This document shows positions 47,561-57,264 of a stretch of DNA of 64,000 nt, one piece after another (the stretch's first letter is position 1; the number at the start of each line of letters is the position of its first letter). Source of the stretch: a virus; IMG/VR virus record IMGVR_UViG_3300044960_000113, positions 32,001-96,000 of that record; one strand, written 5' to 3'. The notes below the pieces were generated by a model. The model saw only the letters and a program-made list of their open reading frames with translations, searched no databases and had not been told where the DNA came from. A program made the position numbers and the translations under genes.

Positions 47561-48169
47561 TTATCCTTTCATTTTAAAAATAGAATTTTTTATCATAGAC
47601 ATTGCCATATCTATATCTGTTCCAGGAACAATCAGATCATATTCATGTTCTTGGATCCATTTTATTTCTTCAGTAAATACAGATTTTAATCGATTAATTA
47701 TTTGACAAAAAACTTTATTTTTATCATCATTTTTATTTAATTCAGATATAAACCTTTCAATCAATCTGTTCATACGTATACTTTTTGGTGTATATACAAA
47801 AATTTTTAACATTTTTAATTCATTATTTTTACAATATTGTTTATATAAAGTAACTCCATTAGGTTCAACAATTATTGCACCAGGTTTATCATAACTAACT
47901 TTATTCAAAATCTCATCATTTGTTGTTCCATAATATGTTCCATTATAATTAACAACTTCAACAAAATTGTTATTATTCATTTGTGACTTAAATTGTTCTG
48001 TTGTTAAAAAGTAATAGTCTTTGCCTTCAATTTCACCAACTCTAGGTTGTCTAGTTGTATATGAAATTATTTTATTGACAACACCAAATTTTACTAATGA
48101 ATCTAGTAAATATGATTTACCAGCAGCTGACTCACCAGTTATTGTTATAAAAATCAAATTATTTTTCAT
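47561..48169 (-). CDS. gmk: Guanylate kinase-like protein
   Basis: GESAAGKS, SYTTRQPRVGEIEGKDYYF, NGTYYGT. Confidence 0.85.
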   Translation of the reverse strand: MKNNLIFITITGESAAGKSYLLDSLVKFGVVNKIISYTTRQPRVGEIEGKDYYFLTTEQFKSQMNNNNFVEVVNYNGTYYGTTNDEILNKVSYDKPGAIIVEPNGVTLYKQYCKNNELKMLKIFVYTPKSIRMNRLIERFISELNKNDDKNKVFCQIINRLKSVFTEEIKWIQEHEYDLIVPGTDIDMAMSMIKNSIFKMKG

Positions 48170-48941
48170 TTATTATTTCCTCAATAATTTTAATTTCTTC
48201 TTGTGTGTTATAACTTAATTGTGGATAATCTGTTACTATTGCACGTGCTGGAAAACCTATATTATAAAAATAATGAATAATATATAAAAATGTCATCTCT
48301 CCAGAATCTGTTATATATCGTCCATTTTTATAATATGCTGCATTTAATACATCTAATGAATTTTCTAAACATGTTTTACAACATAGAAATATACATTGGT
48401 CATGAAAACCACTCAAATGTTTTTCACCACGTTTAGAAAAATCAACACTTATACAATTCATATCATTATCAGTTAAAAATGTTACATATGGATTATCTTC
48501 TTTAACAACTGGCACTAACATAGGTTTAATATCATAAAGTTTATCAAATGAAATACATTCTTCAAAAATATAATTATTTGAAATATATGCATCACCCCAC
48601 AATATAAAAAATTTTTCAGTTAATTCTTCTTTTAAATTTTTAATTTCTTTTATTGCTTCCATCACTGCATGTCCATCACCTTTTCCAGAATCAATAGCAA
48701 TTACACGTATTTCACTATTATATTTTGGATTACAACCAATATAATTTCCAACAAATAAATCGAATTTATCAACGTTTTTCTTATTTGAAACAACATAAAT
48801 ACGTCTAAAAATACCATTAATTTTATTTAATGTATTTTCTAAATTTGGAGTTCCATTTATATTAATAAGTGCTTTAGGTATGGAAATATTACCCATTCTG
48901 GTTCCATTGCCTGCAGCAATTATAAGTAAATCATAATCCAT
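48159..48941 (-). CDS. Sugar-phosphate nucleotidyltransferase (NTP_transferase family)
   Basis: IIAAGNGTRMG...PKAL, GDGHAV, ILWGD. Confidence 0.82.
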   Translation of the reverse strand: MDYDLLIIAAGNGTRMGNISIPKALININGTPNLENTLNKINGIFRRIYVVSNKKNVDKFDLFVGNYIGCNPKYNSEIRVIAIDSGKGDGHAVMEAIKEIKNLKEELTEKFFILWGDAYISNNYIFEECISFDKLYDIKPMLVPVVKEDNPYVTFLTDNDMNCISVDFSKRGEKHLSGFHDQCIFLCCKTCLENSLDVLNAAYYKNGRYITDSGEMTFLYIIHYFYNIGFPARAIVTDYPQLSYNTQEEIKIIEEIINEK

Positions 48942-48942
48942 A

Positions 48943-50826
48943 TTAATTATTTTTATCTAATGTTAATAATAAAGTTTTTAGAAAAATTAGTGTTTCTCGT
49001 GGATTTTTTACTTGTAAAAAATCAACATTTTTACTATGTGCTATAGCATAATCATTTCCGCCAGACATACCTTCATCACCCACATAAACAATTTTTGTAT
49101 TATCATCCATATCTTTAATAATATCATTTAATGCTTTTAATTTAGCATCACTACCTTTAGAAATATCTATAGTTGTTCTACCTGTTGGTCTTACATAATA
49201 ATTTGAACCAAGTTTCATCTGAAGTAATATAGAAAGTGGCTTTCTATATTCATTTTCTATAGGTTTAATTGATATTGTTGCATTATTTCTATTTTGAATT
49301 TTATTAATTTCAAATCCTAATTCTTCTAATATTGTCAAAATATCATTAATTTCTTTTTCTGAAAATGTTGATGGTGTGTGTACACAATTAATATATTTTT
49401 TATTAACTTCATCATATTTTATTGGGATATACTCTAGTAAATATTTGTTTATTCCACCATCAGCATATAATGTAATATTGTTAAATAACACACTATAATT
49501 TTGACTTAATACTTTATTAAAAAATTGTGATGATATAATAGATTTATCAATTGTGTTTGAAGATATTTTTTTAAAAGTTAAATTTATAGATTTTTCAGAA
49601 TTTCCCGTTATAATGTTTATATTTTTATTAAATTTTGTCAATGTCCATAATAATAATTTATTTGTTTGTGATTCTATATAATATTCATTATTCCGTCCTA
49701 CTAATGTATCATCGTAATCAAATGCATATGTATGTGAATTTAAATATTTTTTATAATATGAATGCATAATTGCCCATGCTAAACTTTCTGGGTGATGTTT
49801 TTTATCGTTTTTATTTTCAGATAATGTATATACAGAATAATTAATAGATGATTTATCATCTTTTGATATATTATTGACTGACATTTCATCTGATGCATTT
49901 TTATTGAAAATAAAATGGACATTTTTAATATTAATATATTCTGAAATGATTTTTATCATTTCATATGAATTAACACCACTCATATCTTTATCTTGTATAT
50001 TATTAATAATGCAAAATATTTTATTTGATTTGAATGCATTTGATGATTCAAATGTTTTTTCAAAATCTACACTAATATATGTTGGAATTAATGAAGACCA
50101 TTGTGTTCCAGACGATAGAACAATAATGTCAGCATTCTGAATTGCATTTTTTGCACGTTGAGTTAAATGAGGTAATCTTATAATACCACCAGTATCAACA
50201 AGTCTAATATGATCTATTTTATCTTTTGGATTGTTCCAATTTACTATATCACCTTCATCTAATATGATATGACCGGATTTTGTAATTGCTTGAAGAAATA
50301 AACTTTCATCAGAACTTGGAATTACAGCATCTTCTTCAATTTTCAATAATTTTGCCATTTCTATTCCAGCTGCTTCCATAGAATAATTGTGTTTGGCAGC
50401 CAATCCAGCATAAATTATATTAGATATTGAAAAATCTGAATATGTTATTTGACGTGATTTTGGATATAAAAAATATGTTTTAATTGCGTCAAAAGCAACA
50501 TCTTTGAATTCATCATTATTTTCTAATTTATTTAATTCATGAATACAGTATTGTTCTGCATCTTCAGCTGAACAATCAAATCTAATATCCATGAATTTAT
50601 AGAGTTGCGTTTCACCATATAATAATTTATGACGTAATGTTTGATTTTTACGTAAATCAGATGGGCCTAAAATTTTACCATCCATAACTTGTCTAACTGC
50701 ACCTGTTGATTTACCATTATCATATAAGTTTGTAATTACATTAATTTCTAAATTATTAAATAAATTATTTAAACCTGTTTGAAGTGCTATAGAACCTGTT
50801 CCACCAGAAAAAATAACTAATTTCAT
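48943..50826 (-). CDS. CofD/UPF0052 (YvcK-like) domain fused to a HAD-IIB phosphatase/phosphomutase
   Basis: N-term FSGGTG, YDNGKSTG, GPSDLRK, ADIIVLSSGTQWSSLIP; C-term FDYDDTL, IITG, GRTTIDI, YVGDE...GGND. Confidence 0.82.
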   Translation of the reverse strand: MKLVIFSGGTGSIALQTGLNNLFNNLEINVITNLYDNGKSTGAVRQVMDGKILGPSDLRKNQTLRHKLLYGETQLYKFMDIRFDCSAEDAEQYCIHELNKLENNDEFKDVAFDAIKTYFLYPKSRQITYSDFSISNIIYAGLAAKHNYSMEAAGIEMAKLLKIEEDAVIPSSDESLFLQAITKSGHIILDEGDIVNWNNPKDKIDHIRLVDTGGIIRLPHLTQRAKNAIQNADIIVLSSGTQWSSLIPTYISVDFEKTFESSNAFKSNKIFCIINNIQDKDMSGVNSYEMIKIISEYINIKNVHFIFNKNASDEMSVNNISKDDKSSINYSVYTLSENKNDKKHHPESLAWAIMHSYYKKYLNSHTYAFDYDDTLVGRNNEYYIESQTNKLLLWTLTKFNKNINIITGNSEKSINLTFKKISSNTIDKSIISSQFFNKVLSQNYSVLFNNITLYADGGINKYLLEYIPIKYDEVNKKYINCVHTPSTFSEKEINDILTILEELGFEINKIQNRNNATISIKPIENEYRKPLSILLQMKLGSNYYVRPTGRTTIDISKGSDAKLKALNDIIKDMDDNTKIVYVGDEGMSGGNDYAIAHSKNVDFLQVKNPRETLIFLKTLLLTLDKNN

Positions 50827-50841
50827 ATAATTAATTCCTTT

Positions 50842-51975
50842 TTATATATTTTTAATTAATAAATTGATAAAATCAGTACAATATTTTTTAGCATCAAAAT
50901 TAATTGCTTTAAATTGCGCATCAATAATATCTTTCCTTGCACTATTATCATTTATAAGAAGTCTTAATTTATTTTCAGCATCTTCTCTAGAGCTCACATA
51001 TAAAAAATCTATTAAATCTTTATCGTTTTTATAAAATCTTTTTTCTTTATCTAGATCTGAATCGATAAATGTTATACATTGTGCAACTACTGATTCAGAT
51101 GCTCTTTGTGCCATATCAGATATTTCTTCATACCATGGATCTCCTATAACAATATGAGACATAGCACTATTCATCTTTTCTAACATTTTATCATATTTGA
51201 CGACACCTGTAAAATTTGGTGTTCTTAAATTACTTATCAAATTAGGATTAAAATCTTTAAGTTCTATTTTTCCAAACATTTCTACAATAATATCTTCAGG
51301 CCATCCAAAATAATATTTTATCATTTTTTTAATTCTTTTACCACCTCTCATTGTTCCACCATATGAAAGATGAACTGTTGGTGCTTCATTAAATGGTTTT
51401 GGTGTATTTAAAAATGGAAATAATTCAAATGGATAATGTTTTATTCCGCGAATATTAGAAACTTCATATTTACCAAATGAATTTTTAACCTTTTCTGTAT
51501 TAAATGGTTGACAAATATAAAAAATATCATCACGCGTTATTTCTATATCTTTTTTATTATATTTTTTACCCCATTCTTTTTTTTCTACAGAATGCCAAAT
51601 TTGTTTTAATGTTAATTCTGGATCACATAAAATATAAAATATTGGACCTTTAAAATTGTTTATTATATGATAATTTGCTATTTGATATTCATCTTCAGTA
51701 CCACCAAAAAAATTAACATTCCCGTTTAATATACACAATGCATCTAATGATAAATTATTAATTTTATCTTTAAATTCTAAAGTATCAACAATTAAAACGT
51801 TTTCAATCGGTTTTTCTGGCTCATTTTTAATGCGTTTAGATAATGCAATAACTTGAGCACCGCCATTGATCATCATTTTTATTAATGATATAGTTTCTCC
51901 AGTACCACCACTTGTTCCTTGATTATCAAAAGAAATACGTGCACCTAATTTAATTACACCTAATTTTATTGACAT
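50842..51975 (-). CDS. bgt: T4 beta-glucosyltransferase-like DNA glycosyltransferase
   Basis: Colinear with T4 BGT: GET (E22), NFFGG, YILCD (D100), YGGTMRGGKR (R191/R195), FTG, IGD, RASE (R269/E272). Confidence 0.85.
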   Translation of the reverse strand: MSIKLGVIKLGARISFDNQGTSGGTGETISLIKMMINGGAQVIALSKRIKNEPEKPIENVLIVDTLEFKDKINNLSLDALCILNGNVNFFGGTEDEYQIANYHIINNFKGPIFYILCDPELTLKQIWHSVEKKEWGKKYNKKDIEITRDDIFYICQPFNTEKVKNSFGKYEVSNIRGIKHYPFELFPFLNTPKPFNEAPTVHLSYGGTMRGGKRIKKMIKYYFGWPEDIIVEMFGKIELKDFNPNLISNLRTPNFTGVVKYDKMLEKMNSAMSHIVIGDPWYEEISDMAQRASESVVAQCITFIDSDLDKEKRFYKNDKDLIDFLYVSSREDAENKLRLLINDNSARKDIIDAQFKAINFDAKKYCTDFINLLIKNI

Positions 51976-52493
51976 AATGCCTCTTTCAAAATATCTTTTG
52001 GATCTTTATAATATCCATTATTGTTAATATCAATAATTTTTTTATTTTTAATTTTTGATCTGTTAAATGCAAATTTAAATAACTCTTGTTCTTCTGTTTT
52101 TCTTTTAAAATTAAAACTTTTACCATCATCTTTTAGAAATGAAAAATCTGATGTTGTTAAAAGAATAAGTTTTATATTATCTATTTTATAAATAGAATAA
52201 TCTTGTTCCATATCAAATACATAATTTCCAGAATATCCACGATATAATGGTGAATAGACACATTCACCTAAATGAAATCTATTAAAAATAATTGGAATAT
52301 TATGTTTTTCTGATAACAATTTAAATCCATATTCAAATGATGTTTTTTGATATTTAAATAAATCATTATCATAAATAGCAATTTTTTGTGGTTTCGTATA
52401 ATGTATTACAAAATGAAAACCCAAATGTTGAATTATTTGATTTATTAATGTATCTTTTCCTAATCTGTCTATTCCTTCTATTATGAATTTCAT
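51966..52493 (-). CDS. Thymidylate-kinase-like dNMP kinase
   Basis: IIEGIDRLGKDT P-loop, FNRFHLGECVYSPLYRGY. Confidence 0.78.
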   Translation of the reverse strand: MKFIIEGIDRLGKDTLINQIIQHLGFHFVIHYTKPQKIAIYDNDLFKYQKTSFEYGFKLLSEKHNIPIIFNRFHLGECVYSPLYRGYSGNYVFDMEQDYSIYKIDNIKLILLTTSDFSFLKDDGKSFNFKRKTEEQELFKFAFNRSKIKNKKIIDINNNGYYKDPKDILKEALCQ

Positions 52494-52503
52494 ATTTTTA
52501 AAA

Positions 52504-52797
52504 TTATTCCCATATTATTATATTATTTGAATTTGCCAATTCAGCTAAAATTTCACCATGACATAATTTAGGTGAACACCAACAACCAAGCTTTTTATTT
52601 TTTAATTCTGATATTTGACTTAATAATTCTTTATTTGATAATATCCAATTTTTATATTTAGCCACAACTTCTTCACGAGTTCCATCTTTTCCTATTTCAA
52701 ATGGGTTACCCCATTTAGATGGTCTACCAACATAAACATCATATTCTGATTTTTTACAATGAACAACATATTTTTTATATGGTCTTTTATTCATCAT
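52504..52797 (-). CDS. DUF4326 domain protein
   Basis: VYVGRPSKWGNPF, LGCWCSPKLCHG. Confidence 0.85.
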   Translation of the reverse strand: MMNKRPYKKYVVHCKKSEYDVYVGRPSKWGNPFEIGKDGTREEVVAKYKNWILSNKELLSQISELKNKKLGCWCSPKLCHGEILAELANSNNIIIWE

Positions 52798-54511
52798 TAT
52801 TTAAGAAACTTTTTTGCATTGTTAAAAATTCTTTTTGCCAGATATTGTTTTTAGAACGCCATAATCTAGATATATTACTATCTATCATATACGTAATTGC
52901 ATAATCTTCTTTAGATCTTACACTTCTACCAGAACCTTGAACTAATCTTTTTATTGTCATTAATTCATATATTTCTGGATAATTTTCCATAATATATTTA
53001 ATTCGTTTATCTCCTAATGATGCAAATGGTGCCTTAACAAATATTTGAAATCTAGAATGATCATCTGGTAAATCTATTCCTTCAAACATAGATGGAGATA
53101 ATAATATTGATGGACTATCATAATTTTTAAACATTTCTAAAATTTTTTCTAATTTTTCTCCTCTAATATGTTCAAATACTTTAACATTATTTTTTCTTAA
53201 AAATTTAGATAATCTTTCAGATACAACAAAACTTGGGCACAATACTATCCCTTTATCAGAACTATGAAATTTAACTATTTCTAAAACAGTTTTGTCTATT
53301 TTTGATAAAACTGTTTCATCTTTCATTGAATTATAATTTAATGATTGTGGTTTGTAAAAAACAATTTTTTTATTTTCTTTTGGAAATGTTGGTTCAACAT
53401 GTATAAATTTGGTTTTATTTTTATTTAAATTTAATGTTTTTATTAAAAAATGATCTGATATTGTTGCAGACATAAAAATATTAAAATCTGAAAATCTCAA
53501 TGTTTTTTCAAACATATCACCAACAAAAATTGGTTTAATAGAAAATTCATTTTCACCATTTTCTTTAATTAATTGTGGGACATGTTCATAACCATATTTT
53601 AATAAATCATCAATCTTACAACCTAATCCAAAATATTTTTTATGTAATCTTGAAAATTGTGTATATTTGTTAATATTTTTTATATTCATTTCCATCTCAG
53701 ATTTACACTGTTCTGCAATTAATTTATATGCATTATATAATGGTAACATATATGCCATATATGTTTTTTCATTTAAAAGGCCATCTTTTAAATCTGTTGT
53801 TATACGTTTAATTGTGTTATAAACATCTGTTTTACCAAGTTTAAGATGATTAGTAATTTCTTCGGTTATTTTATTAAAATGTTTTTCAGAAATATAAATC
53901 GCATTATGTTCTGTAAATATATCATTGATTGTATGAGCCTCATCCCACACAGTTACACATCTTTTAGATAAAACATCTGCATACATTCTATCAACAAAAT
54001 AATAACTATAATTTGTGATTAAATGTTTAACAGTATTTCGTTTATTTTTTACATCTAAATATTCACATTTATAGCATTTTTGTACAGCATTTGCCATTAC
54101 GTCATCTATAGTATTATTTTGCAGTACTCCAAACATACATTCTTCTGCTGTATAAAAATCATCAGAATTTTTTGATACAGAATTTAATGCGTCACATGGA
54201 TATTGACTTGCACCTTTCAGTTGTGCAAAATTATGATTTCCAGAAAATGTTTTATAATATTGTTTAGCTAAAGCATTATTATGTACTAGAATTATAGATG
54301 ATAAATCACTTTTTTGAATTTTTCCGATACATTCAGCAGTAACAGCACCAATTAATGATTTACCTGTTCCAGTTGGTGCACATAAAATAATATCGTTATA
54401 TCTTTCATCAAGAATGGATATTAAGATATTATTAATAGTTTCAACTTGATTATCTCGTGGAAAAAAATTTAATGATGCATATGCATCATTGATTAATTGT
54501 TCATATTTCAT
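52787..54511 (-). CDS. DinG/YoaA-like SF2 helicase
   Basis: APTGTGKS, DEAH, SAT, EGID, QGSGRSVR, D..R. Confidence 0.88.
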   Translation of the reverse strand: MKYEQLINDAYASLNFFPRDNQVETINNILISILDERYNDIILCAPTGTGKSLIGAVTAECIGKIQKSDLSSIILVHNNALAKQYYKTFSGNHNFAQLKGASQYPCDALNSVSKNSDDFYTAEECMFGVLQNNTIDDVMANAVQKCYKCEYLDVKNKRNTVKHLITNYSYYFVDRMYADVLSKRCVTVWDEAHTINDIFTEHNAIYISEKHFNKITEEITNHLKLGKTDVYNTIKRITTDLKDGLLNEKTYMAYMLPLYNAYKLIAEQCKSEMEMNIKNINKYTQFSRLHKKYFGLGCKIDDLLKYGYEHVPQLIKENGENEFSIKPIFVGDMFEKTLRFSDFNIFMSATISDHFLIKTLNLNKNKTKFIHVEPTFPKENKKIVFYKPQSLNYNSMKDETVLSKIDKTVLEIVKFHSSDKGIVLCPSFVVSERLSKFLRKNNVKVFEHIRGEKLEKILEMFKNYDSPSILLSPSMFEGIDLPDDHSRFQIFVKAPFASLGDKRIKYIMENYPEIYELMTIKRLVQGSGRSVRSKEDYAITYMIDSNISRLWRSKNNIWQKEFLTMQKSFLNNDE

Positions 54512-55173
54512 TTTATTAAATTAAAATGTCTTTCGTAAACGTGAAGTGATCCAACTGTCCAATATATATTACCCATTTTTACCAATAATTTAGAATTATT
54601 TAAATCATTTACCAATTTTTCTAAAACATATTTTTGCCATCCATAATCATTTTTATATCCAAATACGACATCTTGTGATCTCATTCTAACATGTGCATGA
54701 AGTTTATTGTCTCTAATGAAATATTGGACAGCATCAGTACACATAAAATCTGACATACCATTATAATTATAATCTATCCACATTGATGGACGAGTGTAAA
54801 TCATCTCAGCTCGTCTCGTTGATTCACCATTTTTAATGAGTTCATTTTTTACATTTTCATATTGATTATAGTTTTCTTTAGAAAAAATACACCAACCATA
54901 ATTTGAGTTTATTTTTCCTTCTTTTGAAGCAACCTGTTGCCAAACTTGTGGAGGACCACCTGGAATATCTTTAATATATAGAGATTGAGATTCGTACCAG
55001 CTTATTTCTCTTTTTAGATAATCTTCGTTAACTGTTCCAAAAATAGCTGGTTCATCTGCTATAAAACTTTCTGCTAATAATTCTACTGTTTTTACACCAG
55101 TTTTGTCTATTACAAAATCTTTATTTTTTAATTTTTCAATAAATTTTTTTCTTATATCATATACTTTTTGCAT
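54508..55173 (-). CDS. gp42: dCMP hydroxymethylase (T4 gp42-like)
   Basis: KDFVIDKTGVKTVE, WQQVAS..G.INSNYGW, DFMCT (Cys148 equivalent), RSQDVVFGYKND (Asp179 equivalent), GSLHVY. Confidence 0.93.
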   Translation of the reverse strand: MQKVYDIRKKFIEKLKNKDFVIDKTGVKTVELLAESFIADEPAIFGTVNEDYLKREISWYESQSLYIKDIPGGPPQVWQQVASKEGKINSNYGWCIFSKENYNQYENVKNELIKNGESTRRAEMIYTRPSMWIDYNYNGMSDFMCTDAVQYFIRDNKLHAHVRMRSQDVVFGYKNDYGWQKYVLEKLVNDLNNSKLLVKMGNIYWTVGSLHVYERHFNLIK

Positions 55174-55187
55174 TAAAAATATCCTTA

Positions 55188-55646
55188 TTACAAAGTATTT
55201 ACATTAATTAAATCCACTGTTAAATTTATATCTTTATTAATGAATGTTAAATTAGGAACAACATCATCAACTAAAACACAAGTTGTATTTTTAAAATTAA
55301 ATTGGCAAAAATCTAAAAATAAACGATGTTTACCCCACACACACACACATGATAATTCTTGAAGTTCCCATTTGCAACCAGTAAATTTAACAATATCTTT
55401 TAAAATTTCTTCTTGTGTTGGAATATTACCAATATTTACATCAAGTGCACGCTGTATTGGGTCTTTAAGACTAGATATAAATTCTTGTCTGTCTTTTTCA
55501 TTCCAGATAGCAAATGAAAAAATAGATATATTTTCAACAAAATTATTTTTTAATAATTTCTTGATCTTAGAAACATTGCACAATCTTTGATCATGCCAAC
55601 TATTAATAATAGTTTCTTCAAGATCTAAAAACCAATGAGAGTCCAT
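55188..55646 (-). CDS. HAD-like hypothetical protein
   Basis: WFLDLEETII and VLVDD motifs. Confidence 0.55.
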   Translation of the reverse strand: MDSHWFLDLEETIINSWHDQRLCNVSKIKKLLKNNFVENISIFSFAIWNEKDRQEFISSLKDPIQRALDVNIGNIPTQEEILKDIVKFTGCKWELQELSCVCVWGKHRLFLDFCQFNFKNTTCVLVDDVVPNLTFINKDINLTVDLINVNTL

Positions 55647-55677
55647 AATGAGACCATTTTTTATTTTAAGATAATAT

Positions 55678-55706
55678 ATTATCTCATATTTTATAAAAAA
55701 AGTAAA
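55678..55706 (-). promoter_or_regulatory. Early sigma70-type promoter heading the DNA-modification operon
   Basis: TTTACT-N17-GATAAT with extended TG. Confidence 0.6.
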
Positions 55707-55709
55707 TAC

Positions 55710-56642
55710 TTATTTTTTATGAAAAGATGAAATTTCAGGTGGTAATTTTATATTTGTTCCTTTGAATGAATCTGCTACATCTTTAAATATTTTATCTTGA
55801 ATATTTTTAGGAAATGTTTTTTTGATTAATTCTATAACTTTTTCAGCAGATGTTACATCTTTTTCCGTATAACCTTTACCAAATAAATGTTCTACTGCTT
55901 TATTTGGATCATTTATTAAATCTAATTTATCACTAAATTTAATATCTTTATATTTAGGATCAATTTTAATTAATTCTTGTTTTAATTCATTTGGTGTTAC
56001 TTCTATCATATTTTTTAATCTAGCTGTTCCTTTTTTATTCATTGGAGCTATTTTAAATACTCGTCTAATTCCACCGGTTGGATTCCATGCTCTGCTTGCT
56101 CTAGCTATAACATTTCCATTATCATCAGTTACAACTAAATCTTCATCTTTAATTTGTTTATATCGAGATGCTGCCATTAATAATTGACCACGGATTGCTC
56201 CTTTATATTTTGATTCTTTTCCTTCATCACTATAAAAATGGAATCTTGCCCAATCTACATCCGGAACAAACATTAAATCAACTTGAACTTTTTTATTATT
56301 TGATACAGGGACAGCATATGAACCAACTCTTATTCCAGGTTGTAATTGACCTTCATTATTAAATGCTTTCATCATTTTTTTATGAACTTCTTGCATAAAT
56401 TCTGGTGATTTCATATCTATAGCAATATCTATATCACCTGAATCTTTTTTATAACCTAATAAAGTTAATTCTGTTGTTCCTAAAACTTGTTTTTTTAGAT
56501 TATCTAAATCTATTTTTAATATATCTGAAACCTTTTTAAGTGCAATTTCAATATCTGATTTTGAAGCACGAGAAGTACCCCATTTTTTAGTAACTTTACC
56601 ATTTTCAAATAATATTTTTGATAAAAAAGATTTAAAGTTCAT
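55710..56642 (-). CDS. Nucleotidyltransferase-fold protein with MNFKSFLSKILFE leader
   Basis: VLGTT...SGDIDIAID, VQVDLM. Confidence 0.65.
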   Translation of the reverse strand: MNFKSFLSKILFENGKVTKKWGTSRASKSDIEIALKKVSDILKIDLDNLKKQVLGTTELTLLGYKKDSGDIDIAIDMKSPEFMQEVHKKMMKAFNNEGQLQPGIRVGSYAVPVSNNKKVQVDLMFVPDVDWARFHFYSDEGKESKYKGAIRGQLLMAASRYKQIKDEDLVVTDDNGNVIARASRAWNPTGGIRRVFKIAPMNKKGTARLKNMIEVTPNELKQELIKIDPKYKDIKFSDKLDLINDPNKAVEHLFGKGYTEKDVTSAEKVIELIKKTFPKNIQDKIFKDVADSFKGTNIKLPPEISSFHKK

Positions 56643-56684
56643 TGTTATAAAAATAAATAAAATTATATTCTATTTATTAAATTA

Positions 56685-56692
56685 TATAAATA
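56685..56692 (+). promoter_or_regulatory. T4-type late promoter
   Basis: TATAAATA 41 nt upstream of the tail module; another at 58956-58963 before the 1008-aa fibre gene. Confidence 0.5.
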
Positions 56693-56733
56693 ATATATGT
56701 ATTAAACGATAATATCATTTTAGGAAAAAATAT

Positions 56734-57264
56734 ATGAGTACCGTTAATCAATCAAAAAGATATTTAGGAAATCGTTCAGTTTATTTTGGTCCAGATCTAC
56801 CTGAAACAGATTTAGAAGATGGATTTTTATTCTATAAAACTGGAACAAACGCTGGATTGTATATTTATAAAAATTCAACATGGGAATTAACTTCAGTTAC
56901 AAATATTACTAATCTTACTGGGACAATTAACGATCTTGCTGGAGTATTAAATATATCTAAAGGTGGAACTGGTGCAACTAATGCTTCAGCAGCTTTAACA
57001 AATTTGGGCGGTGTCACATTAGCACAAGTTCAAACAGAGATTCAAACCACAAATATAAATTCTCTTGCTGGAGTATTAAATATATCTAAAGGTGGAACTG
57101 GTGCAACTAATGCTTCAGCAGCTTTAACAAATTTGGGCGGTGTCACATTAGCACAAGTTCAAGCAGAGATTCAAACCGTAAATAGAAATTCTCAAGGAAA
57201 TAAAACAGTGTCAACATCAACACCTGTTGGTGGTTCTGATGGAGATATTTGGTATCAATATTAA
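56734..57264 (+). CDS. Tail fibre protein with a 43-aa internal duplication
   Basis: LNISKGGTGATNASAALTNLG twice; C-terminal GSDGDIWYQY. Confidence 0.75.
   Translation: MSTVNQSKRYLGNRSVYFGPDLPETDLEDGFLFYKTGTNAGLYIYKNSTWELTSVTNITNLTGTINDLAGVLNISKGGTGATNASAALTNLGGVTLAQVQTEIQTTNINSLAGVLNISKGGTGATNASAALTNLGGVTLAQVQAEIQTVNRNSQGNKTVSTSTPVGGSDGDIWYQY
56934..57177. repeat. Direct repeat, 115-bp copies with 129-bp period
   Basis: 56934-57048 vs 57063-57177, one mismatch seen. Confidence 0.9.
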
